A DNA stretch of 64,000 nt from the NCBI RefSeq assembly GCF_036321535.1, contig NC_087444.1, positions 73,904,001 to 73,968,000 on the forward strand, given 5' to 3'. This document shows positions 27,610-40,300 of this stretch, in pieces. The notes below the pieces were generated by a model, which was given only the letters and a program-made list of their open reading frames with translations, was not told the DNA's origin and did not search any database. Every line of letters starts with the position of its first letter. Positions within the stretch are counted from its first letter, which is position 1. The position numbers and the translations under genes are program-made. This DNA is from Camelus dromedarius (lineage: Eukaryota).

Positions 27610-28396
27610 GTGAGTGTGACTGACTGGCTTTACCAGGTGCGGGGCCGCTACCCACAAGCCCCTGCGGTGGGTCCCAGTCCTTTCCCAGCTGCCGGGTCCC
27701 CTTCCCGCGCCACCGCCACAGTACCTTTTTGCACCCTTTACCCAGAGTTCTCTGGGCAGTAAGGCTCTCTTCCCATAGACCCCCTTCCCCCTTCAGCGGT
27801 CACTTACCCACAGGCCCTTGCGGTGTGTTGCCTTTTTTTCCCTCGCCTCCGCTGCGTCCTGGAACTTTACCCATAATTCCTTTTGCCTGTGGGGGCCTGG
27901 ATCTATTACCCACAACCCCCTGGCTTGAGGGGTTTGCTACTTATGACTCCCTCCCTTGATCGGAGACGTCCTGCGACCCTCGCCCCATAATCTGTTATCC
28001 AAGGTACGGGACCACCAGCCGTCACTGTCCTGAACTTCCCTTCTCAGGATCATTGATGCCTCTACAAGCCCCCAGGGACTCTCAGCCCCGCAGATCCTTG
28101 CTCAGGAGTCTGAGACTTCACTACTCAGAAACGCTTTTTCAGTCTTTGTTTCCCTTACCGGCCTGACCCCACCCCTTCACACAGTCCTTCCCCAGGAACT
28201 TGCTTTCTCATTCAGATTTTTTCCTTCGTTCCCCGTGACTTAGGATTGCTCTCTGCCCTTAAAGAACCTATTTTGATACTGAAGATTTTGCCTCTGTTTT
28301 TCTCTCTTCCTGGGAGTCAAGGAGTTATAGGGGCTTCATCTCTCCCACTTCACCCTAACATAAGGTGGTTTTGCTTCTGCTCTCAGACTTGGCAAG

Positions 28397-31300
28397 ATGA
28401 CTCAGTTCCTGCCGCCCAACCTTCTGGCCCTCTTTGCTCCCCGCGACCCCATCCCATACCTGCCACCCCTGGAGAAACTGCCACATGAAAAACACCACAA
28501 TCAACCTTACTGTGGCATCGCACCGTACATCCGAGAGTTTGAGGTGAGTTCACTGAGCAGACCTGGAGCTGGTTGGGTTCTTTGGGGCCTGGGGGCTGGA
28601 TTTGGGAGTCCAGTCTCTGTCCAGTTTTCTAGCTGTGTGATAAAGGCAGGTGACTTTTAACCTCGGTTTCCCTGTCTTAATTGGGGTAGATGATGCATCC
28701 CTTGTAGGGTTTTTGTGAAAATTGAGTAACTACCAGTTAAGGATTGAGGCTCTCAAGCTAGGTAGTCCTTGGCTCATCATTTATCAGCTGTGTGAACTTG
28801 GGCAAGAGGTGTACCCTCTTAGTGCTGTGATTTCTTCATCTTTTGCAAGGGGATGTTAGTATCTTCGTTGTAATATTGATGGAGAATTGACGAAAAAACT
28901 TACGTTACAGGGCTTGGCATTAAGCAGTTAGCAGATATTAGTATTTCTTATCGTACTTGCCATTTTTGTTTATACGGTGATATTTGTAAAGGGTTAGCAC
29001 CGGGTGGTGGGTTGCTTAAGACCATGGGCGTGAGAATTTTAGCTTTGTATCTGCGGGATAAACATGATTAAACGACTTAGTCTCGTGGGCCTGAGTTTTT
29101 TCATTTGTAAAATTAGGATGACAATATCCACCTCTTAAGGTGCATCAGAGAACACCTGAGAAATGCTGGCACACAGCCAGAGGTCAGAAGAAGAAAGTTC
29201 TGGCATCGAGTGGGAAAGGGGAGGTGGAGGAAGTTGCAGAGCAGAAGCTAGTAGAGAGATGGTAGATTGGCTGTTTAGTAGGATTTGCCACCCTCAGTGA
29301 ACCGGTATTTGGAAAATGTTATTAGCCAGTTAAACTAACGTCAACAGGCAGGTGGCAGGCGTGGGTCATGTGCCAATTACTGTTTAATGAGTGCTTGCTG
29401 AGACCTTCAGGAAGGGCTCTGGCCCTCAGGGGGTGTCTGGTTTTTTCCTCTGAGCACTGCGCTGTCAGCTCTTTCTGTTTAGGGCCTGTCCCAATTCCTA
29501 CCTGTAATAAAGGACAACTCCATTGGAGATTGATGCTTTTGAACACATAGGAGAATTATTTTCATTTTTTTCTAGTGTCTTTAAAGAAAGAATACAAAGT
29601 AAAAAATCAAATTTTTATTAAGTTCAGTGGGCATAAAACTACTCAGATTGCTGTAGAAGTTTTTGAATACTTATTCTTAGTTTCTGTACTTCTCTTGTCA
29701 CAGACAAGTAGCAGCAAATATCACTGGTCCGTGGACCATGCTTTGATCTGCGCCACTCCCCTACCTCCACTGGCCTGGGAACTGTCCGTGTTTGTGTGTG
29801 TGTGTGTATACATGTGTACATGTAGGGGAGCATGGTCGAGATGCTTACTGTTTCCTGGATGGGTGTCTCTTGCTATTTCCCCCCGTCACTCCCACTCTGT
29901 CACGTCTTGTTCCCAGGACCCTCGAGATGCCCCTCCTCCAACTCGTGCAGAAACCCGGGAGGAACGCATGGAGAGGAAGGTATGTAGTGTTTGCCTTCTG
30001 ACTCCACCACATCTTTTTTCCCACTTTCTTCAGAAAGTTCCGTGACATCGGGGCACTTCTGTCTGTGTTTAGTTGTCTACTTTTCTCCTGACAGAGACGG
30101 GAAAAGATTGAGCGGCGACAGCAAGAAGTGGAGACAGAGCTAAAAATGTGTAAGTCCCTCTTTCCTCCTTTCATGTCTCTTGTTCACTCTTGTGTTTCTC
30201 TCCCCAAGGACAGCCCAGGACTCTAATTTGGGAAAATGCGATTGTCAGTTCACTTTTTTAGCACCCTGTTTGCCAGCACTCTGTTTCGTTTAGGTATTTA
30301 AGCAGCAGAGCGTGGAGTAAGGGTGGGCAGGAAGGGATCCTGGTGCCTTGGGCTGCATCCTGCAGGGGCCTACACTAGCCGGGCCTCATAGGCAGAGGTG
30401 GTGAGGTTGGGCTGGTGAGGCAGTCCTGACTCCACCTTAGCTCCCCGGCCCTTGGGCTGGGGGTGTTTCATCCCTTCTGGGTACAGGAGGAATTGGAGTA
30501 CGTTGTAGCCGTTAACCAGGCTTCACAGGAGGGTCACGTACCAACCTCTAATGGCCCTTTCTTGTTAGCGGGGGCTTTGCAGTCAGAAGACTTGGGTTTT
30601 CCATGTGAGGCTGTGGTGAATCACTTCACTCAGAATCTCGTTCCCTGGTGTGGCACATTCCTCAGGGAGCTTATGCAAATGCCTGACAGCTGAATACCTG
30701 GGCACCTAGCTGAGAGCCCTCTGATCCCTGACTCTCACTGCTTTCCTGTCTTTTCTTGGATGCCTCAAAGGCATATCAAACTCAGTGTCCGAACCACAAT
30801 CGTTATTTTCTCTCCCTACCAATCTGGTCTTTGGTTGTTTCCTTCGCTGGAACATGGTCATCCAGCTTTGCAAGTCAGGACCTCAGTTGCTGCCACCCAG
30901 TTTGCTTTCAACACCTTTTTCTCACTGTTTCCCCAGCCTGTCACCAGGATCTCTCCCTGTTACTCTCTAAATGTCACAGTTCTGAGCCTTCTCTCTGTGT
31001 CCACCATGCAGGGCCCCTCCGGCCTGGACACACAATAACAGTCTGACTGGTTTGCCTATATCTCTGTCCCTGCCAGGTTCTGTGGAGCTTTTTAAAATAC
31101 AACTCTGATTGTACCTTTCTCTGCTAACAGCTTCCTTTTGTTTTCAGCATAAAGACCAGAGTCCCTCTCCTGCCCACTGAGGATGCATTCTGCCCATGCT
31201 GCCCCCAACCCCTGCAGCCTGCACTGGCCTCTTCTCACCCCTCATCCTTCCCAGATGGTCTCCTGTCATTGGGTCTTTGCCCAGGCTGTTCCCCTGTCTC

Positions 31301-34300
31301 AGATGATACCTTGGTTTATATGGAACTGCCCTTTGTGTCTCTGTCAGCCGTCACTCCTCAGGGAAGCCTTTTGTGACTCCCTTGCTTAAGTCGCATCCCC
31401 TCGTGCACTGAAAGCCCTAGGTCCTGCTGCAGGTTGGTCACTTGAGTCTGTAGGAGGGGCTCACTGATACACATTCATCTCTACTTTGGTTCATAGTTAC
31501 TCCAGGAAAGCAGGGTTTGGATGGAATTTGCCCACCATTGTGGCCCCCGCTCCAGTGGGACCTGGTAGAGAACTGTTGGCAGCAGTTAACTTGGGGAGCC
31601 TTTCAGCTCTGCTGCGGGGGCACAGGCCTTGTAGTCTGACCCACTTGAGTGTTAAGCCCGCCTCTGCTGCTTACAGCTGTTGTGACCTTGGATAAGTCAC
31701 TTCTGCTGGAAATTGTTTTCCATACTTTAAAAGTGGGATCCTGACATGTTGAATGATCCTGAGGATGCAGTTAGCCAAATTTAGAATGTAGAGAATTGTA
31801 GAAGACAAATTTGTGACCCAGTTTCTTTAACAAATAAATGTTAAAGGCAGGGGCAGGGAGTGAACCAAATGGATTAAAGAATCACCTCAACCAAATGGTA
31901 AGTGTGGAGCTTCCTTGGGTCCTGATTTAAATGAGCCAACTGTAAAAATCTAGTTTTGAAACAGTTGAGGACATACGAACATTGGACACAAGGTCTTAGT
32001 GAGGTTAGGGAACTAGTGTTAACTTTTTAAGGTGTAATAACGGTACCATCGTTACTCTTTTTTTTTTTTTTTTAAGTCTTATAGAACTACAATGGTATAT
32101 CTGGAGCTTAAAATTTAAAGTACTCTGATTTTAAATATGCTGGTGGTGGTAGAGATGTAATAGGTGTAGCTCTGGTGATAATTGAAGCTGGTTCATAGGG
32201 GTTCATTATGCTGTTGTGTTTCCTTAAGTGTTTGAACTTCCGTATAGTAGAAAGGAAAAGGAAAGGATGGATCAAGTACAGTAGGGTTTCTCTGCCCCTG
32301 AGAGCCTCGGTCCCCGAGTATAGAGACTTGTTGTGCCTTGTCACAGTTAACAGCTACCATTCAAGGGGACCTTGCCCCTTACTGAACACTTAATATATTT
32401 CATGTTTTTTACTTCCTAACAGGTTCTAAATGTGGCAGGGGTTGTTACTCCTAGTTTTTAAGGAAATGGAGGTTTGTGGAGGTGAAGAGCATGCTTACCA
32501 GGAGGAAGAGTTCTGAAATAGTTTCTCTGCCTTCTAAAAGCCTAATGAGGTTTCCCAGCTCCACAGTCTAGTCCTTGGAGCCCCTGCTCTGGGCTGCTAT
32601 GTAGATAATCCTTAACCAAGGATTTCCCAAGGGCAGAGTTGCCAGCAGGATGGAGTGGGTTTGTGTGCTTGCTGAGGGGTAAACTGCTGATGAACTGCAG
32701 TTCTTTGCCACCTTCTTTTAGCTCATGGGTCCTTTCTTCAGATACGTGGGTACTGGCTCAGATGCACAAGGTTTTACCTTTGGTTACACTCCTGAGCCTC
32801 TTGGTTAAACAAGAACTGTGGAGACTCGTGCAGGGTGCCTGGGGTGGTTTCCCGTTCCGTCTGCTGGGCACCTCCAGGCTGCCTGTCAGGAAGCTCAGCT
32901 CTCTGCTGTTTGGCCTTTGTCCACCCCGCCAGGCAGTGGTCAGGGTAACACTGTTCTGTTCCTGCTGTACCTGTTAGACCACCTGCTGCCTGGTATTGGC
33001 GAGGCTTCGTTTCCTATTAAATACGCCATCAGGTCACATGCTGTCATCTCAGTGAGGCCTTTCTGGACCATCCCATTAAAACTCTTCTCCCCATCTCTGT
33101 GATTATCTGCTAAAACTAGATGATTGCCTCATTTACCTTGTTTACTGTTAGCCTTCCTCCAGTAATGTCTGAGCTCCGAGAAGGTAGGGATCTTTTTTGT
33201 CTTGTTCGCTGTTGAACCCCCAGCTCCTACAGGAGTTCTGGGTACATAGTAGTGCTTAACAAATATCTGTTGGATGAATGGGTGCAGACTGAGACATCCA
33301 GGCCTGGAAAATTACAGCCCCAGAGGGACGAGGTAGGGTGAGGGACTCAGGGGGCAGGCTCAGGGGACAGAGTTATCTTCGAGGGCAACCATCAGTTTCC
33401 AGGTAGTTACTCTCTTAAATTTGGGTTCAGTCTTCTGCTTTTCAAGAAATTCCCTGAAGTCATCTTGAACTTAGTTTATGTTTGCAGCCAAACCCTCTCA
33501 TGGAAAACACATACGGCTTTTAATTCTCTGGCTTCTTGAAACACACAAACTCTTCCTGAGAAGCTAACGCTTAGGGGTTCAGCATATGAGCCTGGGTTGT
33601 GAGGTCAGGCCGGGATGTAAAGCCGAGCTTGGCTTCTCTGCTACTCTGACACTTCTCTTCCATTTGCAGAATGATGGTAAACAATTCTTAGTGTTTAGCA
33701 GTGTCTGGGCCTAATTATGTGCTCAATAAATTAGTTAACATTTGTTTTCTCATGTTCTTCTAGAATATGGCAAGTTCTAGAATATGTCAAGTTCTCCTGA
33801 AGGTAGCACTGTTGGGTAGAAGAACCGCCTCACAGTGCAATGGGCAGGGTGCCTTTGGGGCCCTGACAGGAGTCAGAAACCATTGTGTGTGGTGAGACCA
33901 CCAGACTTTGTGAAAAGGACTTCTTCTCAGGCCTGACCCATCAGAATCACCTGTAGCGTTGGTTTTGTGACAAGATTCTGGCTTCTGTCTGTGGAGGTGG
34001 TTATTCCTCAATGGTTAGTGGTAGTAAGGCTGGGAGTAAGCATCTGATCAGCCTATTGGAAGCTCCAATGCCAGCCTTGAGTTCCTCCCAGAGACCACAG
34101 GACAGGGAAGAGAGCAGTGCTTGGACCCTGCTAGGCTCCCACTCCAGGCCTTAGGGGTGCTTGATCTCAGCTTTCATTGCAGGCTGTAGTTGTGGGCCAT
34201 GCCAGTGGGTGGCACTGTGGCCCTATGGGTGAAGGAGGAAGCTCAGTACCTGGAAGGCTCAGGCTGCTTCCCCAGAGATGCCCCTTTGGGCTTAGTTACT

Positions 34301-37300
34301 CATACCTGAGAGGGACCTCAACCTCAGAATATGTAGATCTGAAATGGCTATTAGGCTGGCCCCCATACTGTCAGTGTGAAGTCAGCCTTATTCCTTCCCA
34401 TCATTGGATAAGATAAAGGTTGCTGATAATGGCTGCTGTGCTTCAGGGAAAGCAGGGCTTAGAGGGTCCGTGCCCAAGGTCGCCAGGTGACCAAAGTTCC
34501 TCTGGGTCTCTGCCCACCTGTCTCTGTCTGTCTTGTTACACAAGGTTGTGGACACTTTCTTACAAATACTTTTTTTTCCTGCACAGGGGACCCTCACAAT
34601 GATCCCAATGCTCAGGGTGATGCCTTCAAGACTCTCTTTGTGGCCAGAGTGGTGAGTACCCAGCTCCCAACCCTTGGAACTCCAGAGGAGCTTGGAACCC
34701 TGGGGAACTCCTCTAGAGAGTTTGGGTGTAGATAGTAACCTGGTCCTGGGAATGTTCTGAGAGCTGCTTCCTCTTAACTTCACATCTGTCTCCTTGTAGA
34801 ACTATGACACAACAGAATCCAAGCTCCGGAGAGAGTTTGAGGTGTACGGACCTATCAAAAGAGTGAGTGGACTGGGGCGGGGGTGGTTTAAGTTGGAGGT
34901 GTGTGGAGGGAGGGGGAAGGCTGGCTCCCAGCCCTGAGGACCACCGCATTATTTCAGGGTTTGATTCCATGGCCTGGGCTCATATGCTGACTGCACTTCC
35001 ATGCAGTAGACTTGAGGTAGTGGAAGTAAAATTAAGAAGTAATGACTGCTTGTTACTGGTTTAGAGCACAGATTAGCCAACTGCAAACTTAGTATTTGTA
35101 AATAAAGTTTTATGGGTATCCAGCCAGGCCCATTTGTTTACTATCATCTGTGACTGCTATTGCTGTAAGGCAGAGTTGGGTCGTTACGTCTTTGGCTGTA
35201 TGGCCCTCAGAGCTGGAAATAGCTCCTGTCTGGCCCTTTATAGAAAATGTATGTTGATTCTTGTTTTAGAGCAAGGCTTTAAGTTCAACTGACATTTCTT
35301 TATTTACTTAAAAGTCACTCACATGCTCTGGAGTGTAGTGAGAGCTTGAGGTCATCATGCACAGAAACTGATAAACCCAGGGCCATTAGAGCATCAGTGA
35401 CTCTGGGTCCTTGAAGGGCAGAGGGTCTGAGGCATCTGTCACTGGCACCACTCAGCCCGGGCCTGCCACACAGGCCATGTGACTGATGGGGTGGGGTTTC
35501 CCTATGTTGGAACCAACCTCTGTCCCTGCCGCCCCCTCCCCCCTAGATACACATGGTCTACAGTAAGCGGTCAGGAAAGCCCCGAGGCTATGCCTTCATC
35601 GAGTATGAACACGAGCGAGACATGCATTGTGAGTACCTCCCACCTGAGCCCTGCCCTCTGACCTCTCTCTTCTCTGCTTCCCCAGCCCCTTCCCGCCGTC
35701 TGTCCCCAGCCCCACCCTGCTGGCCCTGACATTAGCGATGTCTCTTCTCCTCCTCCCTCTGTTTCTGATACATCTTTTTTTTTTTTATATATACGTGTTT
35801 TTTAAAAAACAAAAACCAAAATCCCCCACAACGTGTGTGTGTGTGTGAACCCGGGGAGGTAAGTGTCACACGTTGAACCTCAGGGGCAAGGAGGGAACTG
35901 GGTAGGGGCTGGGGCTAGCTGGAGGTGGGGGGAAGGGTCGGATTTTTGGGGAGCCTCTCCCCATCGTCCCCACTGGAGTTGGGGGCAGCCAGGTTGGAAT
36001 GAGGACTGGCCTTTGAACCTGCCCTCTTTTCCCCTCAGCAGAGCTGGGGCTGGGCCACCCGACCCTCTGCCTCCCCACCCCTAGCCCCCCACCCTGTTCC
36101 TCAGCGGGCAGTGGGCTGGTAGGCGTGTTCAGCGCCTGCCCCCCCATCTCCAAAGCCCNNNNNNNNNNNNNNNNNNNNNNNNNNNNNNNNNNNNNNNNNN
36201 NNNNNNNNNNNNNNNNNNNNNNNNNNNNNNNNNNNNNNNNNNNNNNNNNNNNNNNNNNNNNNNNNNNNNNNNNNNNNNNNNNNNNNNNNNNNNNNNNNNN
36301 NNNNNNNNNNNNNNNNNNNNNNNNNNNNNNNNNNNNNNNNNNNNNNNNNNNNNNNNNNNNNNNNNNNNNNNNNNNNNNNNNNNNNNNNNNNNNNCCAGGC
36401 AGCTCAGGAGCAGCGAGGCATTCCCTCCTCCCGTCCCTAGTCGCCCCTCAACCTCCCCGCACCCAGAACCCTTTCCTCTTTTGGGTGCCCTTTGTCCCTT
36501 CTGCCCCTTGATCCATATGTTCCGATAATCTTGCTGATCCCAGGAGGGGATAGATGAACCCCGACGGGAAAGGCAGCTGGCCTCTCCACTTGGGCTCAGC
36601 CCAACGCCCTGACTTACCTGGCTTCATGGCAGCAGCGGCAAGGTGGCGGGAATACCGAAGCCGGGATGGGCCAGGGCTCTGGGTGGAACCCTGCAACCCG
36701 TCGCTCCCCGGCCCCACACCTTCTGCGGGGCTGTCACCGTGGTGGCCCTGGAGAGTCTTTTTGCTTACTAGCTTTGGGGTGCTCTGCCCCCTTCCTGTCT
36801 GCTTTATCATGGTTGAGGCCTCCCAAAGGGCTGTGGAGCCCAGCTGCTCCGCAGAGTGCATGGAATTGGGGACTGGGATGTGGGAGGGATCGAGTAACAG
36901 GCTGTCAGCAACTGAAGGTGTTGTGGATTTTACTAAAGACCTTTCCACCGAATAGAGACCTAAGAGAGGGAGAGAGAGAGAAGCCTAGAAATACACACGT
37001 CACATGTTTTCTTTGCTGTTACTCCCGGGTTGGGCCTCTTCTGGGGTTTGGGACAGTGAACCAGAGCAGGGTTCCTTTGCTTGACTGTGTTCCCAGTCCT
37101 TAAATTCCTTCCCCCACCACCCTCCTCTGGGTTCAGGGGCCAAGTGGCCCCTTCCCCTCAGATCATAGGCAGTACTCCATCTCCTGGACCCTCAAGGCTG
37201 TCCCCTTGTGTGCCAGCCTTTGGGATGAAGCAGGTGGTGGGAGGGAGTGTGGAGTTGGAGGTGGAAAGTCATTCCATGTGCTGAGAGAGGGTGGGGCATG

Positions 37301-40300
37301 TGCCTAGTTGAACGTGGACTTTATTGGGCAAATGTGAAGGTGGACAGGTTTGCTAAGTTCTCCCTAGCCGCCTTTTTTAATTCAAACAAGGTAGTCCCAC
37401 GGCTTTCTAGCTCCCAGACTTGATGTTAATCCTTGTCTCCCCCTTGGTCAAGGCCTCCATGAGGTTTCTTTGGGGTCCACCACTTCCTCTGCCTGTCTCC
37501 AGGCGGTGTAGCAGATGTGGTTCCTCTCCCTCTCTGGCTCCCTAGAATCCCCTCAGCTCCCTTCCCTGTAGCTTTAGCTGACCCCTTGGTGGTGNNNNNN
37601 NNNNNNNNNNNNNNNNNNNNNNNNNNNNNNNNNNNNNNNNNNNNNNNNNNNNNNNNNNNNNNNNNNNNNNNNNNNNNNNNNNNNNNNNNNNNNNNNNNNN
37701 NNNNNNNNNNNNNNNNNNNNNNNNNNNNNNNNNNNNNNNNNNNNNNNNNNNNNNNNNNNNNNNNNNNNNNNNNNNNNNNNNNNNNNNNNNNNNNNNNGGC
37801 TGGGGTGGGGCAGGGTATTGTGGTTGGTTGAGGACAAGCCCCTAGGCTAGGGCTGGGGGTGGGAGATAGGGACTTTTTTGGCCTTCCTGACAGCCCCATG
37901 TGAGACAGGCCAGGGACTGGGCCTGTCCTTTGCTGTGCCCTGCCCAGGAGCAGGAACACGCCTTTCCCCGCATCTCTGCCTCTACTCCTCACCCTTCCTG
38001 AGAGGCTCAGGCTGAGGTTGGCCTCCCAGCATGTGTTGAGCTGGGGGTGTGGAGGGAGAGAGGGGCTGGGGCTGGGGTTGGGTGGCAGTCATCTCAGGTA
38101 AGGCAGGAATCGTCAGCAGCACCGCACGTCTCCCATGCCTCCCTTCACTTTCCCTCTCGCCTACTGGCTGTGGGGGCCCCTCCAGGCCCCCTGGGAGCAC
38201 CGTAACCCACCCTTCTGCTCCCTGCCACCTCCTAAAGATTTCTCCCACCCCCCTTCTGGTTCATTTTCTGTTCTGATGTCTGTTCCCCCCCCCCACGCTC
38301 ATCCTCCCCCCAAAAAAAATACAGAAAAAGGAAACCGGCGTGAACTGGGGTGCAGAGCGGCCCGGCCGGGCCTCCTCCCCCAGCATGATGTTCCAGGGTG
38401 CATGTCTGGGGTTGTGGAGGAGCCCTCCCCCACAGCAGAGTCCAGCCTTAAGTTAACCTCCGGTTTCTTTGCAGCGACTTTGGCCTCCTTGATGCGAGGG
38501 GGCTGCTCTGTCAAATGGGAGTGTGACAAGGCTGGGGGTGGATGGTGGGAGCGGTCTTGCCCCCCCAATAGTGATTGGGGGGTGATAAGGAAACAGGCGC
38601 TGAGATGGAGCAGGCCCCTCCTGGTTGGGGAGAGGGTTGGTCTGGCTGTCAGTTGCCTGGCTGGCTGGTGGGCGTGTGTATGTGTGTGGGTGTGTGTATG
38701 TGTGTGTGCGTGTGCAAGTGTGTTGATGGGGACACGGGCTGGGGGATGCCATGTAGCTGGGCCTTATCCTGACTAGAGGACCCTCTGGGGACTCTTCCCC
38801 CTCCCCCCCACCCCACATCTGTTGCAGCCGCTTACAAGCACGCAGACGGCAAGAAGATTGACGGCCGGAGAGTCCTTGTGGACGTGGAGCGGGGCCGAAC
38901 TGTGAAGGGCTGGAGGCCCCGGCGGCTGGGTGAGCACATCCTGCTCAGACTGGGCTTGGGTTCTGCTCTTTGTGGCTTCTTTCTCACCTCTTTTCTGCAC
39001 CCTCTGCTGCTTCCTGTCTTCTTTTCCTCTCCTAGCTCACCGGCCGCTCACATCCTTTCTCCCTCTCTCCAGCCCACCCTTTCTCATCACTATCATTTTC
39101 CTGGTCTGTTTTCTCATTCTGGTTTTTCAGTTAGGAGCAAGAGTACTGACCTTGCCAGAAGCCAATCTGGGATCAAATTCCAGCTTGCATACTTTCTGGC
39201 TGGTGGATTTTCCCTCTTCCTGCCTCAGTTTTCCTCATCTTGGAAAGTGGGAATAACCTCAGAATTCACTGAGCTCAGCGAATGCCAAGTGGCTGGCATT
39301 TGGTGGGGCTTATAAAAGTCACTCTCTCATCCACTTATACTTTGCTCCTGCTCATATGTTCATTCATTCCTTGGTTCAGCAAATGCCAGTTTGATCACCA
39401 GCTGTGTACCAGGCTTCTAGTCAAGAGTAGGACATAAATAGGTCACCTCTGCCCTCACAGCCTCCTACGTTCAGACCTCCTCACTGTCTGTTTCTCATTG
39501 TCAGTCACCATCTTAGTCAAGTTCAATTTGATAGCAACTATCAGACATAGATTTGAGCTTCCCAGAGCATAAAGGGGCCTTGATGAGAACCCTGGTGTCT
39601 CTCAGAGCCCAGAGACATATGATGCCTATGGGCCTCAGTTGGACCTGGTAGCCGGCCCTTAACTATCAAGAGCCACCTCTGGCATGTCTGCAGCTCACCT
39701 TGGCCTTGTTCACTGCTTGTGTAGACTGGGCTCTTTTGTCTCTCCACAGTGGCCCAGTGTGGCATTCCACAGCTCCCTGCTTTGCACGCAGTCCTGGAGG
39801 AGTCTCTCCGTTTCAGGGTGGGTGGATCTTAGTGGCTCAGGATTGGGCCTGGACCTGGGGCTGAGATCTTGCCATCCAAGCATGGCTGTTGAGGTCCAGC
39901 TACTATGACGGCGAGTGACAGTTGTCAGAGAAAATGATCTTCCCTGGGCAGACACCCACGTGGGTCCAGAAACCTCTGCTCTTATTTCTGCCTCCCAGCC
40001 AGCTATTCTCGCTTTTTTTTTTTTTTTTTAATTTCATTGAGTTATAGTCAGTTTACAATGTTGTGTCACTTTCCAGCGTAGAGCATAATTTTTCAGTTAC
40101 ACATGAACTGGCTGTTCTCACTCTTGACTTGCCTTTGCTGAGTAGACCACACTACTCATTTGCTGAGTCTCTGAACTTAATAGATAGGTTCTTATCTCGC
40201 TCTCTGGGTTGGAGTGAGTCTTTCAGAGTCTGCTGTTTCCTATTGTGGTAGAATCTTGGAATCCCAGAATCTTATAGTTTGATTCAAGCTTTTCGATGGT

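Noticed and set aside
33758-33795. 17-bp tandem duplication TTCTAGAATATG(G/T)CAAG, and a 16-bp one at ~45295
   Set aside because: Ordinary slippage duplications in intronic or repeat DNA, with no spacers; not CRISPR-like.
38135-38776. 213-aa ORF in SNRNP70 intron 7
   Set aside because: No coding signature and it includes a (GT)n tract; relevant only as the frame entered by the candidate NMD acceptor.
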